Shown piece by piece: positions 12,551 through 25,534 of a stretch of 64,000 bases of DNA (position 1 is its first letter; each line of letters opens with the position of its first letter). This DNA comes from Torpedo marmorata. Taxonomy: Eukaryota. A program made the translations under genes and the position numbers. The stretch lies in NCBI GenBank assembly GCA_977017645.1, contig OZ360220.1, forward strand, positions 138,694,001-138,758,000, given 5' to 3'. Under the pieces are notes generated by a model that was not told the DNA's origin, made no database searches, and saw nothing but the letters and a program-made list of their open reading frames with translations.

Positions 12551-13104
12551 TGTAAGAGCCTTAGGCTTGGTTACTTACCTTGGTCGCGGCGCTCCGATGG
12601 TCTCGGCGGGTTTCGGAGGAGACGTGGAGGTTGGTAGGCCATGCTAGGCCTATTGAGTACTCTGCGCATGCGCGGGAGTGCCGACGGGCGCATGCGCAGT
12701 GGGGAAGTGGCTGGAGCATGCACGGTGGGGAAGTGACGGCAGTATGTGTGGTGGAGTATGCGCAGTGAGCATGCGCGAATCGGGGAAGAAAGTATAGAAA
12801 TAGATGGCGACGGAGGAGGGTGAGTGAGATCGCCATATCTTTCATTGACCGTTTCATTGAACGTTTAAAGACATTTAAATGACGTTTAAAGGAATCGTTT
12901 AAAGGAATTTATTAAGCATCGTTATCAAGAATTGTTTATATTTCGTTTAAAGAAGTTATTTAAGTCATTGAAGATTGCTACGTCACGTGTGTAAATAAAG
13001 TTTTTTGAACATATTGGACTTGTTAGTAAATTAATTGAAACACGTCAAGAACAAGTATCTCACTTAGCCTCCAAGTGACTATTTGTTGGATTGAAGTCAC
13101 TATA
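12551..13104 (+). mobile_element. Solo LTR (554 bp), CpG-rich, in RALGDS intron 17
   Basis: TGT...TATA termini (probably decayed TACA); 5-bp TSD ATAGT at 12546-12550 and 13105-13109; TATA-like AGTATAGAAA, then AATAAA near 12994. Confidence 0.75.
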
Positions 13105-13454
13105 ATAGTCTTCCCTGGCATGGATGCAGCTAAAGTCAGTCATACAGCAGAGTTCAAGAAAGCAATCACTGGTGGCAGTTAGTTTGAGATTATACATCAT
13201 CTGTCGACTGGGCGGTGTGTTCAGCATCTAAATAACTCCTTCACCACACCCCTACCCCAATCCTTTTTGTAGTTGAGTCTTCACCTCCATCAATCAGGAG
13301 GGTGTGTAAACCTGGCCAAGGGGACGTATAAGATTCTACACCGATGGGAAAGGTCACTGCCACATGTTGGGTCTGTATACAGTGGGTGCGCCATTTGCCT
13401 TATGAGCAAGTCTGCTCAAACCTCTGAACCCACACCCCCATACGACATACACAC

Positions 13455-13569
13455 CTCTGTCTTCAGCGATGATTTGTACCAGCTGGTAATCCTCAGGCCT
13501 CTCCCCATCCAAATTGTGTTTGGCCATGGCCTTTTGAATGACCACAGGTGTCTTATCCTGGCTTGTCAC
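13455..13569 (-). CDS. RALGDS: RALGDS exon 17 (RA domain)
   Basis: [38 protein letters not shown]; 115 nt. Confidence 0.95.
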
Positions 13570-14895
13570 CTGCAAGAGTGTTTTTAATCCTTTAATAGAC
13601 CAGGCTGAGAATTTACTGCCCTGCTGTTCAATAGACAAGAATACCTAATATGTATGGCCTCTGTCCTCTTTATATCACCACAGGTTTTCTCTGAACTTTT
13701 CCATGGGACATCTCCATCCATTTTTGGTGCAAGTGCACACTGGGCTGCACCTCACATTGGATATTGGAGTGAGTGCTCATTGAGCCACCAGGTCTTGAAA
13801 AAAAAAAACCAACCAAAGCTATCTTCAAACTCATGAATTAGCCATACTTATAAATCAGAGCCAAGGCAAACAGGAAGTTTGGATAATACCCCTCCCCACT
13901 TTCTGGGTGGGGGAAGCAGAGATATAGGGTGGGGGGTGTAATATAATGGTGATAGTAGGGCAAGGCTGGCCATCAGATCACTGCTGGGGTCCGTTAACTC
14001 AACCCAGGCTGCCAATCCAATGCAGGCCCCAGGCTTGATTCTGTGAGGAAAGCCCCCTCCACCTACCCACCCTTCCTCAATAAACGTAATGCCCAATGGA
14101 GAAGGTGAGTTGGTGGCACCAATGACATCTTAGTGGATGACGGGAGATTGATCCACATTGATCCTGGTGGGATTGAGGATGAAGTCCCTCCGTCCCACTG
14201 AGGGTTCTGAGATGGCGGATCCTGCAGACCCTGCCACAGGAAGGGCTAGATGGGGAAGGGATGGGTGTCTGCTTTGGAAGGTGGTGCACTCCTTCTTGTA
14301 CTTCCACTGGGCTTTCATGTCCAGGTAATTAACATAGATCAAGAAAAGCTTTTGTCTCATCAACAATCCTTGGAAAATGCCATTCTTCACCTTCCTCTGA
14401 TGTGAGAACAACCATTCACCACTTTCCTCTAACAATCAAGTCATAGATCCACAGCCCTTCAGTCCACCGTGAGCCTGCAGCCAACAGCATCCATAAACAC
14501 TAATTCTACACCAAGCCCACTTTATTTTCCCCACATTCCCATCAACTCCACACATTTTCTAACACTCACCTGCACACTCAGAAGCAATTTACAGTGGCCA
14601 ATTAACCTACTGATCTGCAAGTCTTTGGGATGTGGGAGGAAACCAGAGCACCTGGGGGAAATGCGCAAACAGTGCCCGAGGTCAGAATTAAACCCAAGTC
14701 ACTGGTGCTGTGCCACCCTATCGCTTGGGAGTACAGTTCTGCTTCGAGTAATGGCAGAATCTTCCACATTGGCCTTACAGTGGGTGGGGTGTGAGGTTAG
14801 TGTCTCATCCCAAAGAGATCAGAATTTGTTGCCCGGTGGAGTGCGAGACAGTTTGGCTTGGACCAATGCTCGCCAAATCCTGCACCCCCACCTCA

Positions 14896-15183
<288 letters not shown>

Positions 15184-15469
15184 CTAAAAGAAAATAAAAT
15201 ATGGGAAAAAAAAAAGGTTTACCATCGGGACAAGACTGGTACCAAGATCGCCCAGTCTGACCCAGCTTGGAATGTTGTACCTGCCAGTTAAAAGCTGGTA
15301 CATCCTACGTTCAGTAAAAAAATAACACTGGGACTGAAATAAAACCAAGTTTCTCAGTCAATTCTGCAGAGGTTCACAGTGTGCATCCACCTGGAGCCCC
15401 AGCATTGCCACCAGCACCCTTGCGTTTTACCTGCACCAGCGCCAAGCTCAATTCAAGTCCACCTACCTT

Positions 15470-15820
15470 ACAGTCGCCGTTCCGGTTACACAGCAACTTT
15501 AATGCAGCGTCACAGCCCTCAGTACCTCACACAAACACGGGCATGCAAAATTTGACTTTCAGTCACACTGGAGACATTGTGGGAGTTGAACAAAAGGTTG
15601 GTCAACAAGCATCTTAAAAGTGAAAGGAAAGGGGGAGAGGTTTAGGAAAGGTATTCCAGCGCTGAGGGTTTCGGCGGCTGAAGGCACAGTCACCAGTGGT
15701 GGAGCAATTAAATTTAGCTGCGCTCAGCAGGTTTGGAGCATCTCTTTTGGTTGTAGAGCAGACTAGATCGAGGACAAAGGAAGGGTAAGGCAATGGGTTT
15801 TGGTCAACAACATTGAACTT
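15470..15820 (-). mobile_element. Decayed L2-like LINE 3' fragment
   Basis: GGAGAGGTTTAGGAAAGGTATTCCAG...GGCTGAAGGCACAGTCACCAGTGGTGGAGC motif, shared with 30100-30600; boundaries approximate. Confidence 0.45.
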
Positions 15821-16608
15821 GTTTTCTTAACCTTGTACACAATTGCAATATTTAAAACAAAAACAAAGTTGCGAACTGCGGATTCCTCTTTGAATCCTGG
15901 GAGGGAATGCATAGCACTTTAGACTTCAGGAGTATCATGAAGAAAACGAAGTGGAGATCCAGCTGGGATGTGTCTGTGGATGGGAGGATTCCCAACTCAA
16001 GGCTGCTGGACACTTCAGCAGATAACCTCCCTCCAACTCCCTACCCCAGCATCTTCCCACTGGCCAGCCAATGTGCCTGCAACTTCCAGGGCCAACTGGA
16101 AAGCAAAATGGCATCTTTATCACTCAGTTCAGTGATTTCTGACGGCCAATCAACCAGCCCTTTCTTGCTCAACTCCAACATGTTTGGAGCAAACTTACAG
16201 AGCAGTTGAGTTGTTCCATTTGTAATTTGCCACTAGTTTTCATTTTACCCCCAGCGGCATCCAGGAGGTTAATCTATTGTTGGAAATTCCAGGATAATCA
16301 CAGAGAGTTGGAAAGCCCAAATGGATGGGTGAGCCAACAGTGTTATAACTGGGGGGTAAATGGGTTAAATCTTGGGAGCATAACAACCGGGAGAGGTACA
16401 TCTCAGCTCATTCTCATAATGTGCCATCATAGGTAGGGTGGGTCTCATATTCCCTTCAGGCATCTTTAGTGACAGGCTGCTGGGTTACAGGAGGCTCTCC
16501 GTGGCGTATGTGCTTGCCCAGTTTTACCAGTGTATGGATGGCACACAGCCTCTGGCACCAGACCACACAGTTAAAGGGCAGCTTATTGATGCACAAGCTC
16601 ACCCCTAC

Positions 16609-16807
16609 CTTTTTCTCTTGGGAATCCGGTGACTCCGAGATGAAGCTGATGTTGATTTCTTCTACATCGGAGCTACTGGAGCCAGCGGACGTGACGCTAA
16701 CAGAGTCTGCTCCATCCCCGCTGCCCAGGTACGGGCCATACTTCAGCTGCTCGCAGGATCGGGACTGGGCGCTGGTGGTTGGAGAATCTGTGGCTGGCGT
16801 CTGCCTG
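16609..16807 (-). CDS. RALGDS: RALGDS exon 15
   Basis: RQTPATDSPTTSAQSRSCEQLKYGPYLGSGD...SSSSDVEEINISFISESPDSQEKK; 199 nt. Confidence 0.93.
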
Positions 16808-17849
16808 CTGTGAGGGTCAATGGGAAGGAGAAAGGAGTCAACAGGCTGAATGGTTTAATGGCAGATCTAATGTTGAACTGACAGTCACATCATTGGGGTT
16901 ATCATCAATCGCTCTGAACCTTTCCACCATTTTTAATTCTCTTGATATCAGCATTAATATAAACCAGGCTGCCGACTCACTCCTATGTTTTACATGACCA
17001 CACTGTAACATCTGCCCCTGCTGAGTATCATGGTGGGAACAGAACAATCTCCACCTTGTAGCCAATTTGCTTCCAATCTGCCCTTTCCCACCTTTGCTCA
17101 AGATGCTGACTCTTGCTAAGCCAGTGGTGTAAAAACCAGCTACACTGCTGCCACACACCTCCAGTGGCCCAACTCAATTCTGGCCTCTGGTCCTGTCTGT
17201 GTGGAGTCTGTCTGTTCTCCCTGTGACACTATGGGCTTCCTCCCTCATTCCCAAATGTGGGTTAGCAGGTTAATTGCTCAGCGCAAACTGTTGTTGGCAC
17301 AAATGGGTAGCAGATTTGGGGAGAGTTGATGGCAGGGAAGATTAGTCAGGGAATGGGACTGCTATGTAAACTTAATGGGCTGAATTGCCTGCTTCTCCTG
17401 TGAAAAATAAGTATGGTTAGCCATGGCCAATGTCATTTCTTCCTGCTCAGGGTCCTCCCTTAACCTAATGCTGAGAGACGGTGATACTGTTAGAGTGCCC
17501 CCGTCATCCTCGCCTCGCCTCTCACTTTCTTGCACTCTCCATCCGATGGAATGGACCTTTCACTAGACACCCTTGTCCAATGTCCTGCACCCAGCCCCCA
17601 TTTCCCAGGAACACAGAGTCGAATGATCACAATCCCCAAATACTGACCCAATCCAAGATCAACCTGTGTACCTGACCCTTGGCGTGCAGTTCAGCCACTC
17701 GAACAGGCTTTCAAAATCAAGAGCTCCAGCACAGTCCTTTGAGAGCAGGGGCGGGGGGGGGTTTCAACCACTCACTCTGACAGAATGTAATTAGGAAGCC
17801 AAATGTTTGGTCTTTTATTGCAAGAGACAGTGAGCACAAAAGCAAATTA

Positions 17850-18380
17850 CTTTCACTGGACGCTGGTGAGATAGCACGTGGAATATGCCATAAAGGTCTG
17901 GTCTTCCCATCCAGAGAAGGGAGGGCAGTGAGGATTTTTGGATGGAGACATTGTCCCATGAGGAGAGAGAAGGCAAACTGGGCCCCATATTCATTCGAGT
18001 CTAGAATAATCTCATTAAAACACAAAATTCTTATAGGGATTAACAGGGATGATGGCCCTATTAATGCTACTGTTTCTTATGTCCTTATGACTCAATATCA
18101 CAGCAAAGAAGGAAGGTTGTGGGTTCAGTAACCAGAGGGTGGGGGGAGGTGGAAATGCAAGAAAACCGGCAAGAGGATCAGAGATGAGATGAGAACCATT
18201 TCCCCCACCCCACCCAGTGGATTGTGATCTGGAAAGGAGTGAATTCGATAGCAATTTTCAAAAGAGATTTGGATAAAATTTGAAAGAGAAAATACATTTG
18301 CAAGGTTCAAGGGTGTGAGCCGAGCCAACACGATCCCAGTAGGCTAAATGGCCTACCCATGATATCATTACATTCTACGA
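17850..18380 (+). mobile_element. Decayed CR1 3' fragment
   Basis: Eroded CR1 ORF2 end and 3'UTR with a CATTCTACGAT tail. Confidence 0.5.
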
Positions 18381-18420
18381 TAGGCCAATCTACCAAGGCC
18401 AGATAGCAAAGGACACTCAC

Positions 18421-18516
18421 TCGCTCCATCGTTTAATGATGCCCGTGTTCTTCTTTGCCTTCAGAGTGTTGCTCGCGGATTCTGCCAGAGGCTCAATTTC
18501 ACAGGACAGGTTGTAA
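18421..18516 (-). CDS. RALGDS: RALGDS exon 14
   Basis: YNLSCEIEPLAESASNTLKAKKNTGIIKRWS(D)|gtgagt; 96 nt. Confidence 0.95.
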
Positions 18517-18916
18517 CTGAAATTGTAGTAACAACAACATTAAAAAAAGTAACAAAGTCAAGTTAGACATGATCTTCCTGCACCTCTCATCCTTTCAATC
18601 TCCTTTATTCAGAGAAGCTTTTAAAATCCTGGTCAGGCTTCACCCAGTCACTGGGTCTTGGCTCCCTGGGCAGGGTTGTCCAATTACACCAGCTCCTCAG
18701 TTTAAAACCAATCTACGTCAACCAGAGATCGACTGCACTAAAGCTAACAGAGGAATGTGTGTGTTGGGCAGGCGGGTACATGAAGGTGTGCAGTGTGAAG
18801 GTGCACTGAGCAGGGATGCAGACTCTCCCCAAACCCTCTCCATGGGTGTGAACCCACTGCACACTGACCCCAAATCCATCCCCAACCCTTCCAGCTCAGT
18901 ACAAGCGACCTCTCAC

Positions 18917-19038
18917 CTCTCCGCCTCCGTCAGTCGCCCCACGCTACGAAACCACTCGACAAAGCGATGGTCCGGTGTAAATGAGTAATTGTTGCAGGCA
19001 GACTGCAGCAACTTGATCTGGGCGATCACTTCAAACTC
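18917..19038 (-). CDS. RALGDS: RALGDS exon 13
   Basis: EFEVIAQIKLLQSACNNYSFTPDHRFVEWFRSVGRLTEAE(S); 122 nt. Confidence 0.95.
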
Positions 19039-19901
19039 CTGTTGGAAAAAAAATAACACTCATTAGTGTCAACGGAGAGTGTAGTAAAAGAGCAGTCACA
19101 TCTCTCTCTTCTCTACGTCTCTTCCAATAGAGTACATTTCCTGTCTTCCATAGCACCCCTGGTCCATTCTTTCAGTTCCAGGCTTTGACCTCAGTCTTCA
19201 TTGTCCCATTTAACCATACTCAGGAGCGGCTTTACACTTTAGAAGCAGATACCTGTGCACCACAAACTCCCAATTCACAGTGTGGGAAATGTTCCAAATC
19301 CTGGCTGCAATATTACATCACTTGATGCAATATGAACATTCTTCAAAGCACCAGATAAAGACACTGGAAGCCCCATACCAGCTATTATTAGCTGTGATCA
19401 TCACCTGCTCTTTAAGGGCAGGTAGTAGGCCCAGATACCATTAAACAGACTCACCTGTAATACTAGATTTTTAAAATATTTATTTATTGCCCAGATGTGA
19501 ATGGCACATGATGCCAGTACTTGTTGTTCATCCCAAACAGCTGCATATCCTATTGAGAGAAGTATGTCCTGGAACAGATTGTAAGGTCCCAGGTGCATTG
19601 GAGCGATTCAAACCCATGTTGCCCCAGTAGTCCAGGTCTCTGGATGCTGGGTCAGTAGTTGGACTGCTGTGTGACTAGAGCCCAAGTTATCAGTGCTGGG
19701 TGCCATCTGGTTGTTCAGTTGAGATATGACCGTTCCCTGGGAATCATAGAACCATCGAATATAGGTGCAGGAGCAGGCCATTCAGCCCTGCACCCCGGCA
19801 CAGTGGCCACTTCATGGGGAACACCTGCTCTGCGACATGGCAGCTGAATTATTTTTTGTACACTGGCCCTCAATAATGAAACCAACCATTAACTGACTTA
19901 C

Positions 19902-19934
19902 CTTTCTCCTTTTCTCAAAGTTGATTAAACCTCC
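19902..19934 (-). CDS. RALGDS: RALGDS exon 12 (33 nt)
   Basis: tcacag|GGLINFEKRRK|gtaagt. Confidence 0.95.
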
Positions 19935-20837
19935 CTGTGAAATAGAAAAGAACAGATTACCAGAAGTCAAACATCAAGCATGTAATTTCTGCCCCTCTCC
20001 ATGTCTTTATTCAGAGACAAAGCCAATTCATTTGAACGTTCCCATCATCGTATGCAACTCAGACATTACTTTTTGCAGTCCATTCCTTTAAGAACACAAC
20101 TTCAACCAGCCAGTAGATTAAGAGCTGGGGCAGTGCAAGATTTAAATTAATACTTGCCCTACCCAAATAAAATTGCCTTTAACAAGCACTGTGGGAATTG
20201 TAAATCACTTCTCAGAATCTACCACTGCCTTGTTGAAGTAAGAGAGTGGTTTTCCTCAAAGCGATATTATAACCAGACTCCCTTAACCCTCTCCTGACTC
20301 TCCCAATCTATGGTATCAGCCTGGCCCCATTCCTTCCTACAGTGCTGGCCTGGCTCCAACTTGCCCCACTAGTCCTTCTCCTGTATCAGCTGATACCACT
20401 GCACATATATACTGTCTCAGAACTATTTGTTCAATGGAACTATCACACAGAAGCCCAAGCCTGCCAACAGCTGACGTCCTTAAGCAAGGATTGGGGATTT
20501 TGAATAGAAATTTGGATCATGTTTTCTATCAGGCACATGGAATTCACTGCACCACTCAAAGCAGGATCAACAGACACTGTGGATGAAACATGCAAGTCTC
20601 CTGAAACACAGAGCCAGACACTAACTTACCATTACTAGTCCTGAAGGAACTGCTGGCAGGGCTTGTGAATACTATTTAGATGGCACAGAACAGAGAGTTG
20701 ACCCATTTAAGATCTCCAGTTAATCACTTGGCTACACCACTGAAGAACACATTTACCATCATACTCAAAGGAATTTTCCAGGCTACACAAAATAAACGCT
20801 GCACTTGGAAGCAGATCTCAGGTTATTTCTTACTTAC

Positions 20838-20924
20838 GTCTAAATGATCTTTTACCGCAGTGTCCAACATAACCAGGTCAGTGAGAAAAGTTCCCAAGTA
20901 TGGGATTGTACCCTGCATGACCCC
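20838..20924 (-). CDS. RALGDS: RALGDS exon 11
   Basis: GVMQGTIPYLGTFLTDLVMLDTAVKDHLD|gtaagt; 87 nt. Confidence 0.96.
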
Positions 20925-21244
20925 CTGGAAAAATACAACAGACAGTTGCAACACTGATTAAGGACAGACATTAGAATAAATGACTAATTAGCACCATGGA
21001 CTGCAGTGGAGAAGGCAATATGGCAGTCACCATTACAATTCATATGCTGCTATTAAACTTCCCAATCGGTCTCACATTCCTGTTAGGTTACAAGCTTCTG
21101 ACTGGCAAAACATCAGATGAAAGGTGCCTGGGCAAGTCCTGTAACAGAACAGCATGCTAATCCCAAGAGAACCATACATACTAGATAATGATGCCCCTCT
21201 TCTGATGGCTGGTGAATCCAGAACCGGGGGGTTTGCTATCACAG

Positions 21245-21740
21245 AATAGCGGAGTGGTGCAGTTAATAGAGCCACTGCCTCACAGCTCCACAACCCAGGA
21301 ACAACCCTGATCACGTGCTGTCTGTGATTGCATGGGTTTCCTCTGGGTGCTGTGGTTTCTCCTATATCCTAAAGATTTAAATTAAACAGGCCCTTCCAGC
21401 CCACGCCGCCCAAACATACCAGTCAACCTACAACCCCCGACCGTTTTTGATGGGTGGGAGGAAACCGGAGCACCCAGAGGAGACCCATGCAGACACAGGG
21501 AGAATGTACAAACTCCTTACAGACAGTGCCAGATTCGAACCAGGGTTGTTGACGCTGTAATAGTGTTGCGCTAACTGCTACATTAACCGTGCCACCTTGT
21601 ATATTGACAGATAAATTGGCTGCTATAAGCTTCCCCTGGATGCAGGTGAGTGGTAGAATCTGGGGTGGGGGGGGGGGAAGAAATTGGTAGGAATGTGGGA
21701 GGATAAAGTCTGATTAGAGTAAAAGGTTGTTGATTTTTAG
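21245..21740 (+). mobile_element. Old V-SINE containing a younger antisense V-SINE (about 21376-21596)
   Basis: Two V-domains in opposite orientation; the host sequence resumes at about 21598. Confidence 0.7.
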
Positions 21741-22038
21741 CATTAAATAAAAATGAACTTTCTAAAGAAAATACTTCCTGATTTATTTTTTCTTTGTATA
21801 TTTTTGCAGTTCTCTTGCTCCCTCAATCGATGTTAATTCAACATCCATTTCCATCACCTTATTTCCTGTATTTGGGTTGTTTATGGCCGGCTTCTTATAT
21901 CCACAAGGCAGACAGGAAAAACTGCACTACAAAATGCAATTGCAGCAGCACTTTGTTTGATTCAAATTATTGATTTATTTTTATTGCAAATGAAAACAAT
22001 ATTAGCTATGTGGGTATCGAGTTGTCGAATTGATCATG

Positions 22039-22874
22039 AATGGCGGCGCTGCTGGAGCCGCTGTAGCGGCAGCGCTGCCGCTGGTGCGGACCTGCGGGGA
22101 GCGTGGGAGCGGAGATACAGCGCTCCCGCGGGGTCCAGCCGCCCAGTCGACTGCCGTCGGTTCCGCATGGGCTTTGAATGGCCCGTTGAGGGAGCCGACG
22201 GTGGTTTTATTTGAGATCCCGCGACCGCGGGGTCTGCGCCCAAGATGGCAGCGTCTATTAATCGGCAGCAGCCACGAGGGGCTGCAGACTCTGGAGAAGC
22301 GGTGGACTGGAGCAGGGCACCAGAGGACGGGAAGATCACCCCCCGTCTGTGAAGGAGAAGCAGAGGAGACGACCCACGGGATGGTGACCACAGTGAGGGG
22401 CTCTGAAGCTGAAGGACCAGTGCATGCGGCGGGCTGCTGGCGAGTCGAGGCGAGGAACCCGCGGAGGCTGTAGGCTGCTGGAGACTGCTGTCGGGGGACT
22501 CACGCCGGGCTGCGGACTGTTAGAGGCTGGCTCGAACTGGCTGGAGGAGTACCAGGTATCGGAACCGGGATACGAGGGGGTGCCGAGGGCTACCTGACTG
22601 TGTTGGAGGTTCGGATCTGGAGCTCGGGATGCCGATCGTTTGGACTGGACTCTGTGTGGCTGCGGAAGCGCTGGAGGCGAATCTATGGACACTCGGTGAC
22701 TCTGGGGGGACTCTCTTTTGCTTCTCTTTCTCTGACTGTAAGGAATGTTAGAGCTGCTTTGGCAATTTCTGCCGGTGGCGAATCTGTCTGCCTTGCAGCA
22801 GGCAAAAAGAAATTTCATGGAATATGACACTGTTTTATTACTATGACAATAAATTGAATCTTGAATCTTGAATC
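22039..22874 (+). mobile_element. CpG-rich non-autonomous retroelement with LINE-type tail
   Basis: Starts AATGGCGGCG; GC/CpG-rich body; ends TATGACAATAAA followed by TTGAATC repeats; homologous to 8224-10290. Confidence 0.75.
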
Positions 22875-23065
22875 CACCAATTTGCAAGAATTGGTGGGAG
22901 TGTCTCAGATCAATGCAGATGGTGAAAATCTAGGAGAGAAATATAGAATTATTAGATGGAATGGTTTCTTTCTTCAGAATTTGATGTCACGGTTGTTTGA
23001 AGATGATGGACAAACTAAAACCCAGTGCCTTGGGTGACTCAGATAGATCTCAGATGCAAACCTAC

Positions 23066-23143
23066 CAACTCCTTTTGTTGCTGTTGTCTTTTCTGAGCCC
23101 GTTTTGGATTGATGTCAAGTGTGGCGAACTTTGAAGTCCCCTC
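23066..23143 (-). CDS. RALGDS: RALGDS exon 10
   Basis: EGTSKFATLDINPKRAQKRQQQQKEL|gtagg; 78 nt. Confidence 0.94.
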
Positions 23144-25100
23144 CTGGAGTTCCAGAATATGAAAAAAAAAGGAGACATACGTACAGTGAGCAAACACACA
23201 ACTGGTCAAAGAATGCATGGGTCAGATTCAGACTTCAGCATAAACTGATAGCAGGTGCTAAACCCTGCCTTTCCAGTAGATGGTGGCACCATGCTTGACA
23301 AAAGCTCAGGGCTTTAAAGACAGAAAGTGAACAACCCTCTGGATATCCTGATGTGCTGAGGAACACAAAAATGGCAATCATTGATCTGCTGGAGGAACTC
23401 AGCGGGTCAGGCACCATCCACGTTAGAAAGGGTCAGTCATCGTTTCTTCAGGTCATGACCCTTTATCCAGATGTGCTGAGGTACTTTGACTGGAGAGGAG
23501 GGACTGCAATTTGCACAAAGCAAGATCTCAGAAAACAGCAATGTGATAATGGCCAGGTCATTTTTGTTGACGGTGTTGAACGAGGGGTGGATATCACTTG
23601 GACCACTGGAGATAGCTTTGTTGCTGCAGTGCCACAGGAACATCTGAAAAGGGGGCTCCGTTTAACATTTAACAAGTGACTACTCCAACTGAAAGAGGAC
23701 CAAGCTGGGCTTTGTGTTCCTCCCACCGTATTCCCAAAGGGACTTACACTTGCACCAAATGCATGCTGTTAATGCCTCAGGGCTGGTACAGGGGGAATAC
23801 TGGCCAAACTTCTTGTTCCTAAATCACTTTCCAGCAGCACTGCTGGACTGTGCCTTTGCCCGAGATGTTGGACCAATTTGAGCACAAGAACAGGCTCTGT
23901 GTAAAATACAACCAACATTTCAGGCCTGAGCCCCTCATCAGGAATGTACAAAGAGAGGAGGCGAACCTCTTCAGGGTAGGCATCCCTCAAAGAAAGGGCT
24001 CACGCCCCAAAAAAAAAAAACCGTGCCTTACTTCCTATGGATGCTGTGCGATCTGCTGAATTTCTCCAGCAACTTTGTGCACAGCCTGAGAACAGTGACT
24101 CCTCCAGAAGGAGATCCATCAGCCCACCCGACTACAGTCCATTCTGAAAGAGATGTCCAATTTAGGGCCACAGTATTTAGTCATGCCAATGTGACCTTCC
24201 ATGTCTTACAGATGTCATCTAAAGAGGGGATTGACTCGAGAATTAAAATCAGATGCTGGAAATCTGAAATAAAAAAACAAAAATGCTGGAATCTCTCAAC
24301 AAGTCAAGCAGGATCGGAGGAAAGTGAAACAGAGCTTCAGTTCTGACCACTTATTCTTCTGCATCCTGACCTGCTGAGGTTGCCAATGTTTGCTGTCTAC
24401 TGAAGCTTGAATCCATTTCATGTTTCAATTCATCCCATTCCCTTGTTGACATGTCTGTCCATGGTCTCGTGTACTGCCAGACTGAGACCACCTGTAAATT
24501 GGGCACCCTCCAACCAGATGGCATTAATATCGACTTCTCTGGCTTTCGTTAAAACCACCCCCTTCCACTCCCTGCTTCCCCCATCGTCTCTCCATTCCCT
24601 GTCTCCTTTTGCACACACATGATAAATTCTCACCTAGTCCCTCATCGCATCCAATTAACACCTTTTGTTGGTCTGGGTTCCTCCCCCATTTGAATTCTGA
24701 GACTTTCTGATATATCCTGCTTCTGCCTTTTCTGATTTTTCCTTAAAGGACTCAGGCCCGAAACGTTGGCAATATATCTTTGTCTCCTATAGATGCTGAA
24801 ATGACCAGCTGAGTTCCTCCAGCATTTCGCATGTTTTTACTACAATCACAGCGTCTGCAGCCTATTGTGTTTCACTCCATTTCATCTATAGAACAGCTCC
24901 ACAACAGACCAGGACACTCACTATCCACCGGCTACCCTCATCCATCCTGAATGATGCTGGTTTTCACTGCCTGATTGCTCAGAGGACGTCAGAGAAGTTC
25001 CAAGTGACTCATTAACCCAGTGTTTCAGGCATAGCAACCACAAACCACTCCAACAGGCTTGCAAACTGACTGTAAGAGAAGCTAAACAAGAATGAGGGTT

Positions 25101-25534
25101 TGTTTTTTTTTTGTTGTTTTTTTTTGGAATACTTTATTTAAATTTTTCGATACATGTAATAATCCCCAATCCCCTCTCCCCACCAAACCCACCCCCCCCT
25201 CAAAAAGTAATACATTTATATAATAGTATATCTATAAGTATAAAAAAGAAAAAGAAAATGAAGAAAGAAAGACTTTTTGGATCACAAATAGGAGCACCGC
25301 CCATGACATATCTCCAAATATTTCACATACATGCACTTAGAGGATAGTACCGCAGTTCTAGAGGCATAGGAGAGATATCATTACAAATTTAATCCCATTT
25401 TTTGGGTGTATGGGCGCCAAATTTGAAAAAACGTAGAGTATTTATTCCTCAAATTATATGTAATTTTTTCTACTGGTATACAACTTTGAATTTCAGCGTG
25501 CCACATTTGCATATCCAAAGATATATCAGATTTC
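25101..25534 (-). mobile_element. L1 LINE 3' stub
   Basis: WHAEIQSCIPVEKITYNLRNKY; AATAAA plus poly(A); 14-bp TSD CAAGAATGAGGGTT at 25087-25100 and 25535-25548. Confidence 0.92.

Noticed and set aside
12561-12857. 98-aa minus-strand ORF as a small gene
   Set aside because: It lies inside a solo LTR and has low-complexity composition from GCGCAT motifs, with no recognisable domain.
22002-22887. Overlapping 100-180 aa ORFs on both strands
   Set aside because: Expected in GC-rich repeat DNA; no recognisable domain; not preserved in the sister copy at 8224-10290.
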